From NCBI GenBank assembly GCA_973895155.1, contig OZ316899.1:8862187-8926186 (forward strand): a stretch of 64,000 nucleotides of DNA, in the 5' to 3' direction. Shown here one piece after another: positions 58,937 through 64,000 of this stretch. Within the stretch, counting starts at the first letter, position 1. The number at the start of each line of letters is the position of its first letter. The position numbers and the translations under genes are program-made. The notes under the pieces were generated by a model, which was given only the letters and a program-made list of their open reading frames with translations, was not told the origin of the DNA and made no database searches. This stretch comes from Marsupella aquatica. Lineage: Eukaryota; Plantae; Marchantiophyta.

Positions 58937-61900
58937 TGTTGAACTAAGACGTCATTCGCAACGACCATACAACCATGACTCATTCCATGCACACGTAGTC
59001 GACACAATCTCTACGTGGTTCACCTCTTCTCCAAGGCTACGTCCACACGAACACTCAAGCTTTACTTCAAGAGTAGACGAACACACACGCTCTCTCTCTT
59101 CCTCCTGTTGTTCTGTTACAATGAGTAAGCACCACCCACCAGCGGCTTACACTAGCCCTGGTATATACAAGGTCACACACGACTAATCTAACCTCAGCTA
59201 AGATCCTAACTGTGGTTAGCCTAAGTGCCGTAACCTATGAGTCACAAGACTAAGAGCAATCCTTAACAAACTCCCCCTTGACTCTAGTCTTGGGGACTGC
59301 AATTTCTGCTATCCATATGAGATACTCAGCGGGAAATTCTAGACAATCACCTAAAACCATAGGTGTCCCCCTAAAAACCATTTAAGGTTAACTAAGGGTT
59401 AACTAGAATTAAGCCGTAGCCATAACAGGATTGAGTAACCCATATACAGAAATTACATATTGTTAAGTTACTCTACTTGTGCTGCAAATGCAAAACTTGC
59501 AAAGTAGCACGGTGTCTTGAGTAACTCTCCAAAGGAATCACTTTGGTAAAAGCATCAGCCGGGTTGAGCTTTCCATCAATCTTGACTAGCTCAAACATTT
59601 TATCAGACACTGCTTGCCTAATAAAATGGTACCTGATGTCAATGTGTTTCACCCTGCTATCCATAACCTGGTTAATAGCTAGGTGAAGCGCACTTTGGCT
59701 GTCACAATGAAGAGTCATTTTTCCATGCTCCAATCCCATCTCAATGACCAGCTTATCCAACCAAATTGCTTCCTTTGCTGCTTCTGCTGTTGCAACATAT
59801 TCTGCTTCTGTAGTAGACTGAGATACACACTTCTGCAAGGTAGATCTCCAACTTATGCATCCTCTTCCAAGAGTAAACACATACCCAGTCGTTGACCTCC
59901 TTGTTTCCAGACAGCCTCCGTAGTCAGAATCTACATAGCCAACCAAAGATTTGGTTTTGTTTGATCTACTATCAAACAATAGACCATAGTCTATTGTGCC
60001 CTTAAGATACCTGAGAATCCATTTCACAGCCTCCCAATGTACCTTCCCTGGATTTGACATGAATCTACTCACTTTGCCCATTGCTAGGGCTAGATCAGGC
60101 CTGGTACATGTCATCAAATACATTAGACTGCCCACTGCCTTCTCATAGGGAACCTTAGTCATCAAACCTCTCTCCACTGGATCCGTGGGGCAGAAAGCCG
60201 ATGATAACTTGAAATGTGGAGCCAAAGGAATACTTACTGGCTTACAATTTTCCATGTTGAATCTTGCAAGTACCTTTTCAACATACTTGCCTTGATTCAA
60301 CCACAACTGTCCAGTTTCAAAGTTCCTCGTAATCTCCATACCTAAGATCCTCTTGGCTTTCCCAAGATCCTTCATTCGGAATTCAGAACTCAATTTTGCT
60401 TTGAGTTTGTCAACCTCAGTTTGATCCTTAGCCACAATCAACATGTCATCCACATAGAGCACCAGAATGAGCAAACCAAACACACCATTCTTGACTGATT
60501 TCGTATACACACAAGGGTCATACACCATCCTAGTGAATCCTTGTGCAAGCATGAAATCATCGAACCGCTTGTTCCACTATCGAGGAGCTTGCTTCAATCC
60601 ATACAAGGACTTAAGTAACCTGCAAACTAAACTCTCTTGGCCCTTCTTCACAAAGCCCAATGGTTGCCTCATGAAAATTTGTTCCTCCAAGGTGCCATAG
60701 AGAAAAGCAGTAACAACATCCAATTGATCTAACACCAGATCAAAAAACACAACAAGTTGACACAAAATTTGTATCGTGGAATACTTGGCAACTGGAGAGA
60801 AGACCTCATTGTAATCCACTCCCTTCTCTTGAGTGAATCCCTTGGCAACAAGCCTTGCCTTGTATATCTTGTCTCCTCCATCTGAAGAGTTGTCCTTCAG
60901 CTTGTAAATCCACTTGCTATCCACCACTTGTTGATCACTTGGCAGCTGCACCAGCTCCCATGTTCTATTGTAACTTAAAGATTGCAACTCCCTCTGCATC
61001 ACTGCATTCCATTCATCTTTCTCGTCTGAAATGCACGCCTCATGATAAGAAGAAGGTTCTCCTTCTTCCAAGATCAGTGCTCTGTCATCATCATCAGGTG
61101 CAATGTCAACATCATCTAACCTTGATGAATCTGTCCATTGTCCATACCTTGTAGGAGCTCGAGTAGTACGTCTCAATTTTCTAGCTGATGATTCTGGTTG
61201 ATCTTGTTCTGTTGGTTGAATTTGAGGTATTCCATCAACAGCCTGCTCCTCTTGTTCCATTACCGGAACCAGCTCCATTCTCGGAGCACCTCCTTCATTT
61301 ATGTCATGAAAACTCTCATGACCAATCTCCCCCACAACATGGTCCAGGATAGGAGATTTACCTTTGTCAGTACGGGAAGCCTGAGCATTCTCCCCCTCCT
61401 TTGATGATCTGGATTCATTAAAGGATACATCTCTACTGACAAGCAACGTACAAGCTTCTGGATCCCATAGCCTGTGACCTTTCACACCTGGTTGATAACC
61501 AAGAAAAAGACACTTCTTGGAAGTAGAATCTAGTTTAGATCGATTCTGCTTAGGTGTGAGAGCATATGCATCACTTCCAAAGACTCTCAAAACCTGATAG
61601 TCTGCGTGTCGTCCATACCTCATTTCAAACGGCGTCTTGAAATTGATTGCACTTGAAGGAGAAAGATTTACCAAATAAGCTGCCGTATTTATAGCTTCAG
61701 CTCAAAATTCATGCGGTAAACCTGATTGGCTCAACATACTCCTTGATCGCTCCAATAGTGTTCGGTTTAGCTGCTCACAAACACCATTTTGTTGAGGAGT
61801 ATAAACTGTCGTGAGATGACAAGTAATCCCTTGCTCTGCACAATATAGTTCAAATTCACTTGAACTATACTCCCCGCCGTTATCTGATCGCAGATATCTC

Positions 61901-64000
61901 ACCTTGGAGCTAGTCTGATTCTCAATTTGGGCTTTCCACTTCTTAAAAGTGCCAAAAACTTCAGACTTGGCGTGTAGAAATGTGATCCACACATACCGTG
62001 AGTAATCATCAATGAACATGACATAGTACAATTTTCCAGAAAGTGAGGGAGTTGGGGCTGGACCCCACACATCACTATGTACATACTCAAGTATAGCTTT
62101 GGTATTGTGAGTTCCAACACCAAAGGTTCTCCTGTGCTGCTTCCCAAGCACACAGTGTTAACAAAAATCTAGCTTAGTAGATTCCAAATTAGAAAGAAGT
62201 CCTTGCCTGCGAAGTACCGCCAAACCCTTTTCACTCATGTGTCCCAATCTGTAGTGCCACAACTGAGTCATCTCGCATTGAGATCTAGTTACATTGGCTT
62301 CTTCACAAATCACGTTGCCCTCCAACAGGTATAGATTCCTGTGCCGCTTACCCTTCATGACAACCTTGCCTCCGGTTGACACTTGAAGAATACCATCAGC
62401 AGAACTCCACCGACATCCATTTGCTTCCAGCATTCCAAGAGAAATCAAGTTCTTTTTCATGTCAGGTATGTGTCTGACATTACTCACTGTTCGCACAGCT
62501 CCATCAAACATCCGAATTTTCACGGATCCAATTCCAATAATTTGACAAGGATGATCATTCCCCATCAACACGGAACCGGTTGATACTGAGTAAGAACTAA
62601 AAAACTCTTTCATACAACAAATATGATAGGTACAGGCACAGTCTAAAATCCATTCATCACCGTTGTTACTGGATGAAATGCAAAGGGCAACATCTGGACT
62701 TCACAAGATTTCATCATCAAGCAAGTCAATCATATCAACATCAGTGGCTGCGTTCGCTGATGGTTGATGAGTCTGCTTGACTCGACAGTCTCGTTTCATG
62801 TGGCCAGGCTTGTTACATTTCCAGCATATAATTGGTTTCCTTTCTAGAGATTTCTCTCTAGACCTGGATCTAGACTTAGACCGAGCCTTCTCCTTGCCTC
62901 TATTCCGTGAGGGGTACGTTTGTGAAAAGGACCTGTTTTCACCAGTCATCCGCTGTTGAGTCCTCCCGCGGTTCACATTCAATGCACTGCCAGATGAAGA
63001 TGGTGTCTGGGCATGACCCAGTTTCTTCTGTGCATCATCTGACAACAAAGAGCTTACCACCTCATCATATGAAATGGTTTTGAGATCTCTATACAAGAGA
63101 ACCTGCTTCAAACCTTGATATGATGGGGGTAAGGAACTGAGAAGAAGCAATGCCTTATCTTCATCTTCCACTCCCTTGCCAAGATTTGACAAATCTACAG
63201 CTAGGCTGTCGAATTCATCCAAGTGATCTCGAAGCTTGCCTCCTTCTTTTAGTCTCAAGCTCATCAAGAGAGACTTCTTGTACAACCGATCTGAGGCATC
63301 CTCTCGGTAGTACTTCTCTCTGAGGGCCTTGAATAAGGATACGCAATCCTCGTAGTCGTCCAGCTTCTTAATGATATGCGGCTTCAGATACAGCATAACC
63401 GCATTCACAGCAATCACTTGCTCTTGCCTCCATTTCCTCAACGGGATCTCCTCCTCACTGCTAGACTCCTCCCGAGTCGATAGCAGATGATCTAGGCCCA
63501 TAGCACGAAGAATTCCCTTAACCTGCTTCTCCCATAGCAAATAATCTGTGCGCCCATCATATTTTTCCACCTCAAACTTAACACCTCCAAACTTGGATGC
63601 CATCGTTGTCCTCCCAACGTTCTCCACGTGCTATTGATGTGCTGCTCCCTATATGCTTTTTCCTTCCTTCCTTTGCGTTGACTCAAATCCAAATCACGAA
63701 AAAATGTCGTTTTTTGCAACTTTCCAAAAACCTTGAAACTTGTCACCGCCACTTAGCCCACCAACCTAGCAAGCCAACGCTGAAATCCGAAATCGAAACC
63801 GAGTTCCGACGAAAAACTTTTTCACATTTCGGTCGGGGTGGGTAAAACTCAAAAATTCTCTCCTGTTTTGACCACCTCCGGGAATAAGAAAATATCCAAG
63901 TACCACCCGTCGTCGGAAATGGAAATCGAGTGGTGCACCGCGTTGCTAGCTTCAGTGGCTACGTTCTCGCCAAAAAAGATCCGAAAAAGTTACCGTTCAG
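58937..64000 (-). mobile_element. Ty1/Copia retrotransposon Copia-2 (relative of Copia-1), 5-prime end outside the window
   Basis: 3-prime LTR 58937-59268 (TG...CA) with adjacent PPT; protein and leader homologous to Copia-1. Confidence 0.93.
59473..63627 (-). pseudogene. Copia-2 gag-pol
   Basis: CWKCNKPGHMKRDC, LWHYRLGHMS, LRSDNGGEY, YVDDML, KHIDIRYHFIR; in-frame stops. Confidence 0.95.

Overview
Eukaryotic, plant-type DNA (GT-AG introns; Copia, Gypsy, CACTA and Mutator elements; a non-seed land plant or streptophyte host is my inference). No convincing host gene: the window is one nested transposon cluster. Reconstructed layout: an old Mutator-like element (MULE-1: transposase 1-2357, divergent ParB-like gene 51189-51910) is split by CACTA-A (about 2.5-8.0 kb), CACTA-B (8008-32962), a chromodomain Gypsy (32963-41050) and a Gypsy carrying a C5 DNA methyltransferase and a PHD finger (41051-50596). 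CACTA-B holds a Copia (10415-29266, TSD TCCGA), which holds a complete 11,144-bp MULE-2 (13047-24190, 9-bp TSD CACCAATCA). A third Gypsy with a large antisense ORF and a second Copia end the window. Best candidate for a new system: the MULE group, which pairs a DDE/SWIM transposase with a divergent, intron-containing gene fusing a ParB-like (DGNHR) domain to a degenerate beta-class N4/N6 DNA-methyltransferase-like domain. Its introns and intergenic DNA carry a family-specific palindrome: GCTAGCGA-NN-TCGCTAGC in MULE-2 and TAGCGC-NNN-GCGCTA in MULE-1. Also notable: two CACTA families with a SET-domain exon attached to the transposase first exon, and the DNMT+PHD Gypsy. All domain calls are by-eye motif recognition; no searches were run.
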